A stretch of DNA of 64,000 bases from an uncultured Chlamydiales bacterium (GTDB lineage: Bacteria; Chlamydiota; Chlamydiia; Chlamydiales; JAAKFR01), in contig OY969414.1 of assembly GCA_963699155.1 (NCBI GenBank), positions 1,323,757 to 1,387,756 of the forward strand, written 5' to 3'. Below the pieces are notes generated by a model. The model ran no database searches and was not told where the DNA came from. It saw only the letters and a list, made by a program, of their open reading frames with translations. Position 1 is the stretch's first letter; each line of letters begins with the position of its first letter. The position numbers and the translations under genes are program-made. Positions 1 through 9,474 of this stretch are shown here, piece by piece.

Positions 1-1027
1 GGCGCAATCAAAACTTAAACAGATTGAGCGAGAACCTGTCTTGGAAAAGCTCAATGCCCTCTCTGCGCTCTCCTTCCATTTCCAGGAAGCTCCCTTTTCA
101 GGAAAAAAGCTGCTCGCTGCAGAAAATCTTCACTTTTCCTATGGACAAACGCCTCTGATTCACGATCTGTCGCTTGAGATCACCAAGGGGGAGAGAATCG
201 CCATTATTGGAAAAAATGGGAGGGGCAAATCGACTTTACTTCGCCTTCTGGCGCAAGATCTGGCTCCTTTAAATGGTACAGTGACGCTTTCTGAGAATGC
301 ACACCTCGGCTACTTCGGGCAGACCCATGTTGATCGACTCCATCCTGAACAGACGATTGAACAGGAGATGGTCGCTGCCAATCCCCACTTAAGCTACAGC
401 GAAATGAAAGGCATCGCCGGTCTGATGCTCTTTAGTGGATCTCTCGCAGAGAAAAAAATTGCTCTGCTCTCTGGCGGTGAAAGGAGCCGCGTCCTTTTGG
501 GAAAAATCGTGGCGAAGCCTTGCAATCTGCTCTTGCTAGACGAGCCGACCCACCACCTCGATATTGAGTCGATTGAAGCGCTCATTGATGCGCTTGAGGA
601 TTTTTCTGGGGCGGTCGTCATTGTGACACATAGCGAGTTGATTTTGCGGCGTCTTGCTCTCGATAAAATCGTCATTTGCAGGCCGCATCAGCAAACCCTT
701 TTTCTGGGTGGTTACGACCCATTTTTGGAAAAGATTGGTTGGGAAGAGGAAATGCAAAAAGAGGAGTTGGTGAAGAAGGCGGCTCCCACCTCTCCCCGAA
801 AAGAGAAGGCAGCGCTCTTGAGGCCGATTGAAAGGCAGATCGAGGCATGCGAAAAGAGAGTGAGCGCTTTGGAAGAGGAGCAGAAACAGTCGCAGCAGGC
901 GCTCCAAAATGGAGATGTCACCCCTGACTTATTGAAAAAGCTAGGTCAAACGCAGCAGCAGCTCGATCAGTTGGAGGCCGAGCTTTATCAACTCTATGCT
1001 CTCTATGAGGAGAAGAAGGGAGTTTAA
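1..1027 (+). CDS. ABC-F family ATP-binding protein (5' part lies outside the window)
   Basis: Second ABC domain with Walker A GKNGRGKS, signature LSGGE, Walker B LLLLDEPT and a C-terminal coiled coil; no TM segments. Confidence 0.85.
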   Translation, partial: AQSKLKQIEREPVLEKLNALSALSFHFQEAPFSGKKLLAAENLHFSYGQTPLIHDLSLEITKGERIAIIGKNGRGKSTLLRLLAQDLAPLNGTVTLSENAHLGYFGQTHVDRLHPEQTIEQEMVAANPHLSYSEMKGIAGLMLFSGSLAEKKIALLSGGERSRVLLGKIVAKPCNLLLLDEPTHHLDIESIEALIDALEDFSGAVVIVTHSELILRRLALDKIVICRPHQQTLFLGGYDPFLEKIGWEEEMQKEELVKKAAPTSPRKEKAALLRPIERQIEACEKRVSALEEEQKQSQQALQNGDVTPDLLKKLGQTQQQLDQLEAELYQLYALYEEKKGV

Positions 1028-1512
1028 GGAGCGTTGCTAGGGACTAAACTATAAAGGTCAGGCTTTTTAAAATTTTGATCATTGAAAGGATAGAGCAGTT
1101 CATTGCGGCCAAACATCAAAAGCTCGCCTCTAAGCACCAATTTCCCTTTTTCGACCCACACCTTAGCGTCATAGACGTTGCCATTGCGGGGATCGACCAC
1201 ATGCCCTTGCGCTGGCTCACCTCCCTTCTGTGGCGATAGGGCAATGATATCTAAACCACAATAGTAGGGCTTGCCAGACACCCCTTTGGCGCGTGACTTA
1301 GGAGCGTAGATCGTCTCCTCGATCGCCCCCTTCTTGTTGCAGCTGGCGATGATTTTACCATAAATTTTTCCCTGGTAAGGATAGACAGCGATCACAGAGG
1401 TAGGCAGATGCGTTTTTTTATCGACCGTTTGCCAAAAACCATAAATCGTACTCGCCCACATGGTTGAGCAACAAAATATAAAAACAGAAATAAATAAGTA
1501 AGATTTTCTCAT
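1024..1512 (-). CDS. DUF2147-family secreted protein
   Basis: Signal peptide; G.W.T, YGKI, CGL.II, G.V.DP.NG..Y and LRG motifs. Confidence 0.75.
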   Translation of the reverse strand: MRKSYLFISVFIFCCSTMWASTIYGFWQTVDKKTHLPTSVIAVYPYQGKIYGKIIASCNKKGAIEETIYAPKSRAKGVSGKPYYCGLDIIALSPQKGGEPAQGHVVDPRNGNVYDAKVWVEKGKLVLRGELLMFGRNELLYPFNDQNFKKPDLYSLVPSNAP

Positions 1513-1602
1513 AAATTAATTTAATTATCTAAAAAAATAATTACGACTGTCAATTAAAAACTTACTGGAGTTTTAAAATCGTTTGCTGCAAAGTGTTGCG
1601 CT

Positions 1603-2292
1603 ATGAACCCTGAATGGCTTTTTCCATCTACCATCGCATCAGCAAAAGAGACCCAAGAGGAGCTGGCAAAAAAAGTCTCTCTGGTTGATGCACTTCCGCC
1701 TAAAATCTCCTATGTGGCTGGGCTCGATGTCAGTAATAACCGCTTTGATCCCAAAAAGATGGTCTATGCGGCCATCGTCGTTCTCTCATATCCTGAGCTG
1801 GAACTGGTGGAGAGTGTCGATTGTGCCGAACCAGCCTCCTTCCACTATGTGACAGGGCTACTTGGCTTTCGCGAAGCTCCTCCTCTCATCTCAGCCTTTC
1901 AAAAGTTAAAGAGTCGCCCTGACATTTTATTGGTCGATGGTCATGGTGTGAGCCATCCTAGGGGCCTCGGTCTCGCCAGTCACATCGGTCTTCTGCTCGA
2001 TCTTCCCACGATCGGTGTGGCAAAGAGTATTTTAGTGGGCAGACCTCAAACCTCCCTCTCCGAAGAAGCGGGGAGTGAAGTTCCCTTGATCTGGAAAGAG
2101 CGGGAGATCGCAAAAGTCGTTCGGACGAAGAGTCACTGTTTGCCCCTCATCATCTCCTCAGGCCACCGCATCTCGCTTCCCACCGCTGTCAACTTCTTCT
2201 GGAGCTGTTCTCGCCACTATCGATTGGCCGAACCGATCCGTTATGCCCACCACGCCGCTAATGAGTGTCGTTTAAAAAATTTTAAAACTTGA
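1603..2292 (+). CDS. nfi: Endonuclease V
   Basis: VAGLDVS, Y..GLLGFRE, LLVDGHGVSHPRGLGLASH, PTIGVAKS and YRLAEPIR.AH motifs. Confidence 0.95.
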   Translation: MNPEWLFPSTIASAKETQEELAKKVSLVDALPPKISYVAGLDVSNNRFDPKKMVYAAIVVLSYPELELVESVDCAEPASFHYVTGLLGFREAPPLISAFQKLKSRPDILLVDGHGVSHPRGLGLASHIGLLLDLPTIGVAKSILVGRPQTSLSEEAGSEVPLIWKEREIAKVVRTKSHCLPLIISSGHRISLPTAVNFFWSCSRHYRLAEPIRYAHHAANECRLKNFKT

Positions 2293-2341
2293 GAAGAAGA
2301 GTATTTTTGTCTATAAGTTTTCTGTTTAAAAGGAGTTAACT

Positions 2342-4270
2342 ATGGCAGCTGCATCCGGCCCATCAATATCACCCTCAAAGTCAGCCCCACCCTCTCTCAT
2401 GTCTTCCACGGAAAGATCACCTTCCAGAGGCATCTATGTTTCATCGGATTTGCCACCGGGCTTTCTTACTCCTGCTCCTTCTGCTGAGGATCTCCCCTCC
2501 ATTCCCGAAAACCATTTGTCTTATAGTGAATTCGATAGAGAATTCAACTTAGATAAGGCCTCAACAGAAATAGATAATCTTAGAACGAAAGAACTGAGCA
2601 CGAAATTTCGCGAAAATGTTCAAGTGGGACTTCATTTGCTTCTGAATGAAGAACCTGAAATCATTAAGAAGTTTGTCCTATTTTGTAAAACATCTAAAGA
2701 ATCTATTGCACATGCGGTTAGAAGCATCTCGAAACGACTCGAAGCGGGTGGAAGAGTTTATTTAGTTGGTGTGGGTTCCAGCGGGCGGGTTGCGATTGAC
2801 ATAGCTGTCCGTATGCGCAATATATGCCCAAATCTCAAATGCTTTGGGATTATCGGTGGAGGAGACAGTGCTTTAATTTATCCCCAAGAAGATTTTGAAG
2901 ATTCTGCCGATGAGGGCACAAAAGTGGCTCGGAACTTAAAATTATGCGAGAACGATGTCATTATTTTGATTTCCGCTAGCGGTACAGCCACATTTAATGT
3001 GGGGTTCGGTCATGAAGCTGCAAATCAAAAAGCAAAAGTTTATTACTTCTTCAATAGTGGAACGGTCCCACCCCGTACCGACAGGCTCTTTAACCGCGAT
3101 ACCAACAAAGTCATCCCCATGTCAATTGATATTGGCCCTCAAGCAATTCCTGGATCGACAAGACTTCAAGGATATACGATTGCGCGGCTCTGTCTCACTC
3201 ATCTTATGCAAAAAACATTAGCCCATCTTAAGAAACTTCCCTTTCAAGAATTATCACCTGAGAATCTATCAACAAGATTAGACAATGTTGTGGAAAAAAT
3301 CAATTCATTGGTGCTTTTGTTATCACGGATTGTCAAGGATGAAAAAGAGATTCTCTCTCATACGCTGTTCGATGAAAGTCCCTCCTTACAAAAAACGGCG
3401 GGTTTCATCACCTGGTTAGGGACAAAAAGCACACTCCGCGAATTGACTGTTGACACTGTGGAAATCCCTCCCACTTTCTGTCTGATACCTCCTCGAAGAT
3501 CGACGGAAGCCACCAAAAAAAGAGCAGAGGTCCACACCTTTTTGGTGGGAACTGCAAATAACCGTGAACCCTGGGAAGTTCTTGTAGGAAGAGATCGTGT
3601 AGAGAGCGAATGGGCAGAGACCTCGCAGTTCAATCTGGCGGCAGATGGAGAAGGGCTTGAAAATTTTTCGACAAGACCTCACGGAAAAGGAAATCTTGTC
3701 ATCGGTGCTGAGTTACTCCATAAAGGGGAAAAAATTTCACCCGCTATGCTCGAGAAACTGAAAGAGGTTAAACAGCTGGGGGGGAAAACGGGCTTGATCG
3801 TGATTACGGAAGATAGGGATCCACCAGAAGTTCTGCAACTCAACGGATTATTGGATCATCTCATCGTGATCGACAGCTTAGAGGATGACCCATTGGGTCT
3901 CACCTTTAGTCAGACCTTGAAATGGGTCTGTAACCTCATCTCGAATGGCTCGATGATCCTGCTGGGTAAAGTGCATGGCAATTATATGGTCGACGTGGAA
4001 CCTTCGAATGGAAAGCTCATTTTCAGAGCTAAACATATCGTCAAATCGATCTGGCAGATGTATAATCCTGGCTTCATCAGTGACGAAGAGGTCTATCGAC
4101 GCGTGGTCATAGTAATCAATAGACAAAGTGAGTTAAAAGAAGAGGGACAAACGACACCCTCTACAGTGAAAATTGTCTTGGCAATGATGCATAGGAAATG
4201 TTCCTTTGAAGAGGCCCTCATTCATCTTAAAAATGTTAAAGAAAATCTCGAAGCGTTGTTTAAAGAATAG
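2342..4270 (+). CDS. Double-SIS-domain GCKR/MurQ-like protein with Ser/Pro-rich N-terminal extension
   Basis: GGRVYLVGVGSSGR, ISASG, GPQAIPGSTRLQG, VDTVEIPPTF and GKVHGNYMVDVEPSNGKLIFRA motifs; 642 aa, about twice MurQ length. Confidence 0.75.
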   Translation: MAAASGPSISPSKSAPPSLMSSTERSPSRGIYVSSDLPPGFLTPAPSAEDLPSIPENHLSYSEFDREFNLDKASTEIDNLRTKELSTKFRENVQVGLHLLLNEEPEIIKKFVLFCKTSKESIAHAVRSISKRLEAGGRVYLVGVGSSGRVAIDIAVRMRNICPNLKCFGIIGGGDSALIYPQEDFEDSADEGTKVARNLKLCENDVIILISASGTATFNVGFGHEAANQKAKVYYFFNSGTVPPRTDRLFNRDTNKVIPMSIDIGPQAIPGSTRLQGYTIARLCLTHLMQKTLAHLKKLPFQELSPENLSTRLDNVVEKINSLVLLLSRIVKDEKEILSHTLFDESPSLQKTAGFITWLGTKSTLRELTVDTVEIPPTFCLIPPRRSTEATKKRAEVHTFLVGTANNREPWEVLVGRDRVESEWAETSQFNLAADGEGLENFSTRPHGKGNLVIGAELLHKGEKISPAMLEKLKEVKQLGGKTGLIVITEDRDPPEVLQLNGLLDHLIVIDSLEDDPLGLTFSQTLKWVCNLISNGSMILLGKVHGNYMVDVEPSNGKLIFRAKHIVKSIWQMYNPGFISDEEVYRRVVIVINRQSELKEEGQTTPSTVKIVLAMMHRKCSFEEALIHLKNVKENLEALFKE

Positions 4271-4341
4271 AAACTTTAGATGAGTTTCCCTTAGGACTAG
4301 AGGTGTGTCGCGCCTCTTTGACGATCGGTCAGGAATTGAAG

Positions 4342-4370
4342 AGCGACCCTCTCCAGAAAGAGGGTACGCT
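4342..4370. terminator. Hairpin between convergent genes (probable terminator)
   Basis: agcg-accctct-ccagaa-agagggt-acgct inverted repeat. Confidence 0.4.
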
Positions 4371-4374
4371 GATC

Positions 4375-5526
4375 TTAAGATGTAGGATCTAACGCGCTTT
4401 GAAAGATGGGGAACAGCCAGTTTTCAATCGCTCCCGTAGCTCTATTTTTCCCCATAAAGTGGAGGGAAATGCTTTTCAACGGGGAGCCGGGGTAAGTTTT
4501 GGCAAAATTATAGAAGGCGCGCAAGACAATTGGTGCAGCTTTCTGAGCAGGAAATTTAAACTCACCGATACTCAGGATGGGAATGGCAAGACTTGTTTTT
4601 CCTCGCTGATGGGCTAAAAGGAGCGCATTCCAGTAGCAGGAGAACATTTTTTTTGCTTTCTCAGGGTCGTCATCTTGAATTGGAGTTTCTCCGTCATTCA
4701 GTTGTCTAGCCCGACCTTTAGGTCCTGCGACCACGATGACATCAATGATCCCATCCAGCTCCTGTAAAGCTCCACTAGGAATGATAGCCGCCGCTCCTTC
4801 AGGATAGTGCCTATTGTATTTAGTTTGTAAGGCTCTATGAGCTGCTGCGTAAGCAGCCCCACCTCGGCCGTGAATGGCTCCATCAATTCCGCCACCACCA
4901 CCTAAGTGAGTATTGGCTGCATTGACGATGACTTGAGCTCCGCTTGCGAAGAGGTCTTCATTGCGGATTGACACATTAAATTCCTGTAAATCAGCTTCTT
5001 GAAATTCTAGCTTGAGTCTTGTCTCGCCCTCCGGAACAGCCTCAATCCGACTCATTTCTGCAAAACTGAGATCTCCTGGGTAGTCCACAAGGGTTTCAAT
5101 TACGGGAATCGATTCGGGAGTGGGTGTAGGTCTTGGTGCAGCCGCAGGAGCAGGACTTCCAGACGGTGGCATAGGTGACGGTCTCGGCGCAGCTGCAGGA
5201 GCAGCTCCTCCAGCTCTTTGTGGCGTCGCAGCTGTTACTATGATGCGTGGAGCCTCCGTTTCAGCTTTGACCTCAGCACCGCCATTTCGTCCGATAAAGC
5301 GGTAGCAGACGAAGGAAACGATGCCTCCTAAGCCTCCACCGAGAGCACCCACGACGGCCGCAAACCAGATCGGCTGATGGAAATAAAAATAGGCTGCTAA
5401 GGCAATTCCCAAACCTATAATGATCGGCAAGATAATTGCTGCAACGAGTGAAACCACCGAAGAGCAGCTTCTCGGTTGGGGAACCTCTTGAGGTGATGAT
5501 GAACTTCCAATAGGTTGATAAGCCAT
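4375..5526 (-). CDS. Macrodomain protein with N-terminal bilobed hydrophobic (Inc-like) anchor and Pro-rich linker
   Basis: VIVNAANTHLGGGGGIDGAIH and SLAIPILSIGEFKFP macrodomain motifs; two TM stretches at aa ~25-78; duplicated APAAAPRP. Confidence 0.85.
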   Translation of the reverse strand: MAYQPIGSSSSPQEVPQPRSCSSVVSLVAAIILPIIIGLGIALAAYFYFHQPIWFAAVVGALGGGLGGIVSFVCYRFIGRNGGAEVKAETEAPRIIVTAATPQRAGGAAPAAAPRPSPMPPSGSPAPAAAPRPTPTPESIPVIETLVDYPGDLSFAEMSRIEAVPEGETRLKLEFQEADLQEFNVSIRNEDLFASGAQVIVNAANTHLGGGGGIDGAIHGRGGAAYAAAHRALQTKYNRHYPEGAAAIIPSGALQELDGIIDVIVVAGPKGRARQLNDGETPIQDDDPEKAKKMFSCYWNALLLAHQRGKTSLAIPILSIGEFKFPAQKAAPIVLRAFYNFAKTYPGSPLKSISLHFMGKNRATGAIENWLFPIFQSALDPTS

Positions 5527-5570
5527 AGATACTCCTAAAATTAAATTAAAAAAATTATAGCATTTTTCTA

Positions 5571-6410
5571 TTAATTCTCTATTAAGACTCTCTCTTCCTT
5601 TGTTAAATCGATCCCTTCAGCAGCTACGTTCTCCTCTAAGTGTTCGATCGATGAGGTACCTGGGATGGGCACCATATTAGGAGAGTGTTTCAGTAACCAG
5701 GCGAGGGCGATCTGAGCCGCTGTTGCCCCCTTACTCTGTGCCATTTTCTTCACATGAGCACCTCCTCTGGCAAGCGTTCCGCTCCCGATAGGGAACCAGG
5801 GGATAAAGGCCCACCCCTTTTTCTCACAATATTTGAGCACTTCTTCGGAATCGCGGAAGGAGAGGTTATATTCGTTTTGAATCGAAACAGGAGAAACGAC
5901 TTTTTCAGCCCGAGCGGCTTCTTTGGCAGAGACATTGGAGAGGCCAATATAGCGGATTTTCCCCTGCTCTTGCATCGACTTGAGGGCTCCCAAAGAATCC
6001 TCCAAAGGCACTTGTGGATCGACCGCATGGAGCTGATAGAGATCGATACATTCCAGTCGCAGCCTTCTCAAGCTCATCTCGACACACTGAATCAGATATT
6101 CAGGTCTTCCCAAGGGAACCCAACTCTCAGGTCTAGGACGCAAAAGGCCGCCCTTCGTTGCGATCACAACCCCTTTTGGGTAGGGATAGAGGGCTTCAGC
6201 GAGGAGATTCTCCGAAATTTCAGGTCCATAAGAGTCGGCCGTGTCGATAAAATTGATCCCGAGCTCTACAGCATGGCGGATCACTTTCTTGGCATGCTCA
6301 CGATCTTTCGGCTCCCCCCAAACGTTAGGGCCAACAACGCGCATTGCGCCGAAACCCAGTCTGTTAATAGAGAGTTTTCCCCCCAGCATAAATGTATCTG
6401 TTTTCATCAA
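5571..6410 (-). CDS. Aldo/keto reductase
   Basis: RLGFGAM, FIDTADSYG, IATKGG, IDLYQLH, IGLSNV and PIPGT motifs. Confidence 0.95.
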   Translation of the reverse strand: MMKTDTFMLGGKLSINRLGFGAMRVVGPNVWGEPKDREHAKKVIRHAVELGINFIDTADSYGPEISENLLAEALYPYPKGVVIATKGGLLRPRPESWVPLGRPEYLIQCVEMSLRRLRLECIDLYQLHAVDPQVPLEDSLGALKSMQEQGKIRYIGLSNVSAKEAARAEKVVSPVSIQNEYNLSFRDSEEVLKYCEKKGWAFIPWFPIGSGTLARGGAHVKKMAQSKGATAAQIALAWLLKHSPNMVPIPGTSSIEHLEENVAAEGIDLTKEERVLIEN

Positions 6411-6459
6411 TCACCTCTTTCTCAAAAATGTCACAGCACTATATCATGAGCTCACTTTT

Positions 6460-7518
6460 ATGTGGATTCGCCTCCTTTTTCTCTCTCTCATTTCCTGTGC
6501 ACTGTTTGGTGCTGAAGAGGTCTATCTCAAAACTCCGAGCTTTGCCCGCAGTGACGTTCTGGGCACATCGGTGGGCATCCGTCCCTATCGAAAAACAGGT
6601 GTGCGCCTTGAAGCTGAATGTTTTCCGAACAAACTTATCATCCACAACTATGGCTACGGCGGTTCGGGGATGACCCTGGCCTTCGGAGGTTCGCGTGAGG
6701 TAGTGGAAATTCTCACGGCTCAGGGAATCTCTTCAGGTACTATTGCCGTTCTAGGGGGAGGGGTCATCGGGCTAGCAACCGCTTACGATCTTCTCGAAAA
6801 GGGCTTTAAGGTGCATCTCTATGCCGATCAGTGGAGCCCCAACCTCACCTCAGATATCGCTGCAGGCTCATGGACGCCGCTCGTTCACCCTCAAGATTTG
6901 CCTCCTGAAAAGCTAGCCTTCCATCAAAAACTGATGGAAGTGGCCCGAGAAAGACTCCAAAACAACAGTGCCGAATTCAAAGGAGTCAGACTTTTAACGG
7001 GATACTTTCTCTATCCCCTTGAAGAGTCGATCGATCTCAATCAGCCAGGAAACCTTATCGTCCATTTTGACAACGGTGCAACTCGAAAAGCTACTCGTAT
7101 TCAACGCATCAGCCTCGATGGCCCGCTCTTTATGAAAGATCTCTTTGAAAAGGTCCAAGCCAAAGGGGCTATCCTCCACCGGCTCCATTTCCACCATCTC
7201 GAGGAGATCCTGGCTCTACCAGAAACGGTAGTTATCAACTGTTTGAGCCTGGGCTCTCGCGAACTCTTCAACGATCATGAGCTCTATCCTGTCCGTGGAC
7301 AGATTGTCCATCTCGCCCTTCATGATATCGACTACATCCTCTATCAAAAAGTTCCTGTGCCCAACTACTTCTTCTTTACCTATCCCTGGAGCGACCGCCT
7401 CCTTCTCGGGACCGTCTATGAATTCGGCGAGGAAGAGCCCATCAATACCCCAGAGGTCATCGATCAGCTCCTTTACCAAGCTGAAAAGTGCCTCAACGCA
7501 ACTTCAGAATGCCTTTGA
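6460..7518 (+). CDS. FAD-dependent D-amino-acid-oxidase-like protein with signal peptide and permuted motif order
   Basis: Start MWIRLL at 6460; GIRPYR and HNYGYGGSG lie before the Rossmann GGGVIG; TSDIAAG, VINCLSLG and PVRGQ motifs. Confidence 0.8.
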   Translation: MWIRLLFLSLISCALFGAEEVYLKTPSFARSDVLGTSVGIRPYRKTGVRLEAECFPNKLIIHNYGYGGSGMTLAFGGSREVVEILTAQGISSGTIAVLGGGVIGLATAYDLLEKGFKVHLYADQWSPNLTSDIAAGSWTPLVHPQDLPPEKLAFHQKLMEVARERLQNNSAEFKGVRLLTGYFLYPLEESIDLNQPGNLIVHFDNGATRKATRIQRISLDGPLFMKDLFEKVQAKGAILHRLHFHHLEEILALPETVVINCLSLGSRELFNDHELYPVRGQIVHLALHDIDYILYQKVPVPNYFFFTYPWSDRLLLGTVYEFGEEEPINTPEVIDQLLYQAEKCLNATSECL

Positions 7519-8827
7519 CATATTCTTGGTTTGATGGAGATAGGAGCCCAATTTTGCGCAGACTCTCATCCTTGGCCATCAAGCCCATCGGAAACATTCC
7601 CTTAATGTCACCAGCAGCCACCTGTTGTAAATCTAGGTTTGCGTCAGCCAAAAGTTGATCAGGAATAATCCGCAGCTGACTGGAGTTCATTTTGGATAGC
7701 AGCCGATTGAGAGCGTTTACAGGGAATCCTTCAAAAAGGCGGCGACTTTCAAGAGCTCCCCTAAACCCGGTTGGAAAGAGCACTTTAACTTGGGATTGAG
7801 TGAATAGATTAAAATCCAGATCACTTTCTCTAGAACGAATGAGGGTCCAAAGAAGCCTTCCGTCGAGTAAAAAGAGTACTTTCCTTAGGTTAACCTCCGG
7901 CAAATAGTTAAGCACACGAGAGGAGTGAATAGTAAAACCCATCGTTGCGCTCGAATAGGGGAAAAGTGCTGTGACAATTTGTTCAGATAACCTGTCGTGT
8001 TGTTCTATGAAAAACTGCACCTGCGAAAGGCTGAAAAAAGGATAGAATGCTGGGGAACAGGTCAAAACCTCATCTCTATAGTGAAGAAAATGGCCTAAAG
8101 TATGATCAACCCAAGTGTCACTCGCTTGATGGTCCATGAGACGAATAGAGATCATATCCCGCTCTTCAATTGTAAACTGTTCAATCTGTTCTAGAGACAA
8201 ATGCTCCAATTCTGCCTGCGTCATGGCGAGTAGTTTTAAGACTTTAGTGAGGAGAGTCTCATCACGAACATCATTCAAATAATCCATCCGAAGCCAAACT
8301 GCCGACAAGGAATCTGGAAGATTCTCTTTAAGCCTACCTGAAAGAGTGGGGATGCCCATCTCAGCGGCTATTTTTTGTTGGAGAGCTTGATCCTCCGGAT
8401 TTGAGGAATTCAAAAAAGAATCCAATAAAGAAAATTGCTCTTTTTTTTTGGTGCGCTGCCCATCTGCTCCCGTTATTTCGCTTTCAAAAGCCCCCACATG
8501 TCCCATTATTTCCCTGTCAAAAGCTCTATAAGCAGCAAATGGGCGGTTTCCCCTTACACATCGCAGCGCCGCGCCACCGATCAGGAGTAAGCTACCACCG
8601 CAAATGAATGCAATCCCCCCATTTCTTCCCAAACCCTCTAGGACCGGAATTTTACTGATGGCCAGTGCACCTAGTACACAGAAGATCACCCCTAAAGCCA
8701 CCATCAGAATACGAACCTTCAGGGAGCAGCTTCTCTGGCTCTCTTCATAACGAGCGCAACAGGGAAGAGAAAAGTCAATAGCACCAATAGACAAAAGAAC
8801 CTTTTTATTTTTACGAAATTTTAACAT
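7493..8827 (-). CDS. Hypothetical Inc-like membrane protein with degenerate C-terminal repeats (start uncertain)
   Basis: Bilobed hydrophobic segment at aa ~38-90; three LFP/MFP...S.R repeats about 60 aa apart. Confidence 0.55.
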   Translation of the reverse strand: MLKFRKNKKVLLSIGAIDFSLPCCARYEESQRSCSLKVRILMVALGVIFCVLGALAISKIPVLEGLGRNGGIAFICGGSLLLIGGAALRCVRGNRPFAAYRAFDREIMGHVGAFESEITGADGQRTKKKEQFSLLDSFLNSSNPEDQALQQKIAAEMGIPTLSGRLKENLPDSLSAVWLRMDYLNDVRDETLLTKVLKLLAMTQAELEHLSLEQIEQFTIEERDMISIRLMDHQASDTWVDHTLGHFLHYRDEVLTCSPAFYPFFSLSQVQFFIEQHDRLSEQIVTALFPYSSATMGFTIHSSRVLNYLPEVNLRKVLFLLDGRLLWTLIRSRESDLDFNLFTQSQVKVLFPTGFRGALESRRLFEGFPVNALNRLLSKMNSSQLRIIPDQLLADANLDLQQVAAGDIKGMFPMGLMAKDESLRKIGLLSPSNQEYVKGILKLR

Positions 8828-8871
8828 ATAATTTTATAGGATTCAATCTAAATTTATGATAAAAATAAATT

Positions 8872-9444
8872 ATGACCAATAACCTTATAGAATTGTTTAA
8901 AGAGCTTAGAAAGAATAATCCGCTAAAGGAGCGCTTTAAAAGAGAACCTAAAGCGGTCTTGAAAGAGTATCACGTCGAAATCAGCGATCCTAGAACCATC
9001 CAAGTGGTTGAGGATACAGCCAATAAGAAACACATTGTGATTCATCACCCCACTGCAAAAGAGGATCTTGAAAAGAGTCCTTTGCCCGAGAATATCAAGC
9101 GCTTCCTCGGTGATCTCATCAGATCACCTCAGATGAAGGCCCAGCTCAAGAAAAATCCCATGGCAGTTTTAAAAAACTATGGCATGGAATTCCCAGAAGA
9201 GACTCAGTTTGACATTCTTGAGGATAGTGAGACGCTCACCTATTGGGTCATTCCCTATCCACAAGAAATTACCGATGCTCAGCTTCAGCAGATCTCTGCT
9301 GGCGGTACTGGTACAGGAATCGCAGGATTCGGTGCAGCTCTCTTAACCGTTGCTAATGCCCCTCTAGGAATTGCAGCCATCGTCTTAACCATGGTTTTTA
9401 GTGATAAAATCGACGCCTTCTACGATAAATTGAAAAAGAAATAA
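8872..9444 (+). CDS. NHLP-leader (nitrile hydratase-like) peptide precursor with tandem leader domains
   Basis: Two copies of the P.AVLK.Y......I..VED.....VI pattern, then EITDAQLQQISAGG and a 45-aa hydrophobic core. Confidence 0.75.
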   Translation: MTNNLIELFKELRKNNPLKERFKREPKAVLKEYHVEISDPRTIQVVEDTANKKHIVIHHPTAKEDLEKSPLPENIKRFLGDLIRSPQMKAQLKKNPMAVLKNYGMEFPEETQFDILEDSETLTYWVIPYPQEITDAQLQQISAGGTGTGIAGFGAALLTVANAPLGIAAIVLTMVFSDKIDAFYDKLKKK

Positions 9445-9474
9445 GAGCGAATTCTATATGATGAAACAAGAGCA

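Noticed and set aside
5754..6459. 231-aa plus-strand ORF and the 5' extension of the oxidase ORF from 6241
   Set aside because: They overlap the aldo/keto reductase antisense; the signal-peptide start at 6460 is more plausible.
8872..9444. Nitrile hydratase alpha subunit (also considered for 23702-24307)
   Set aside because: No CxxCSC metal-binding motif and no beta subunit; the double-Gly motif points to a leader peptide.
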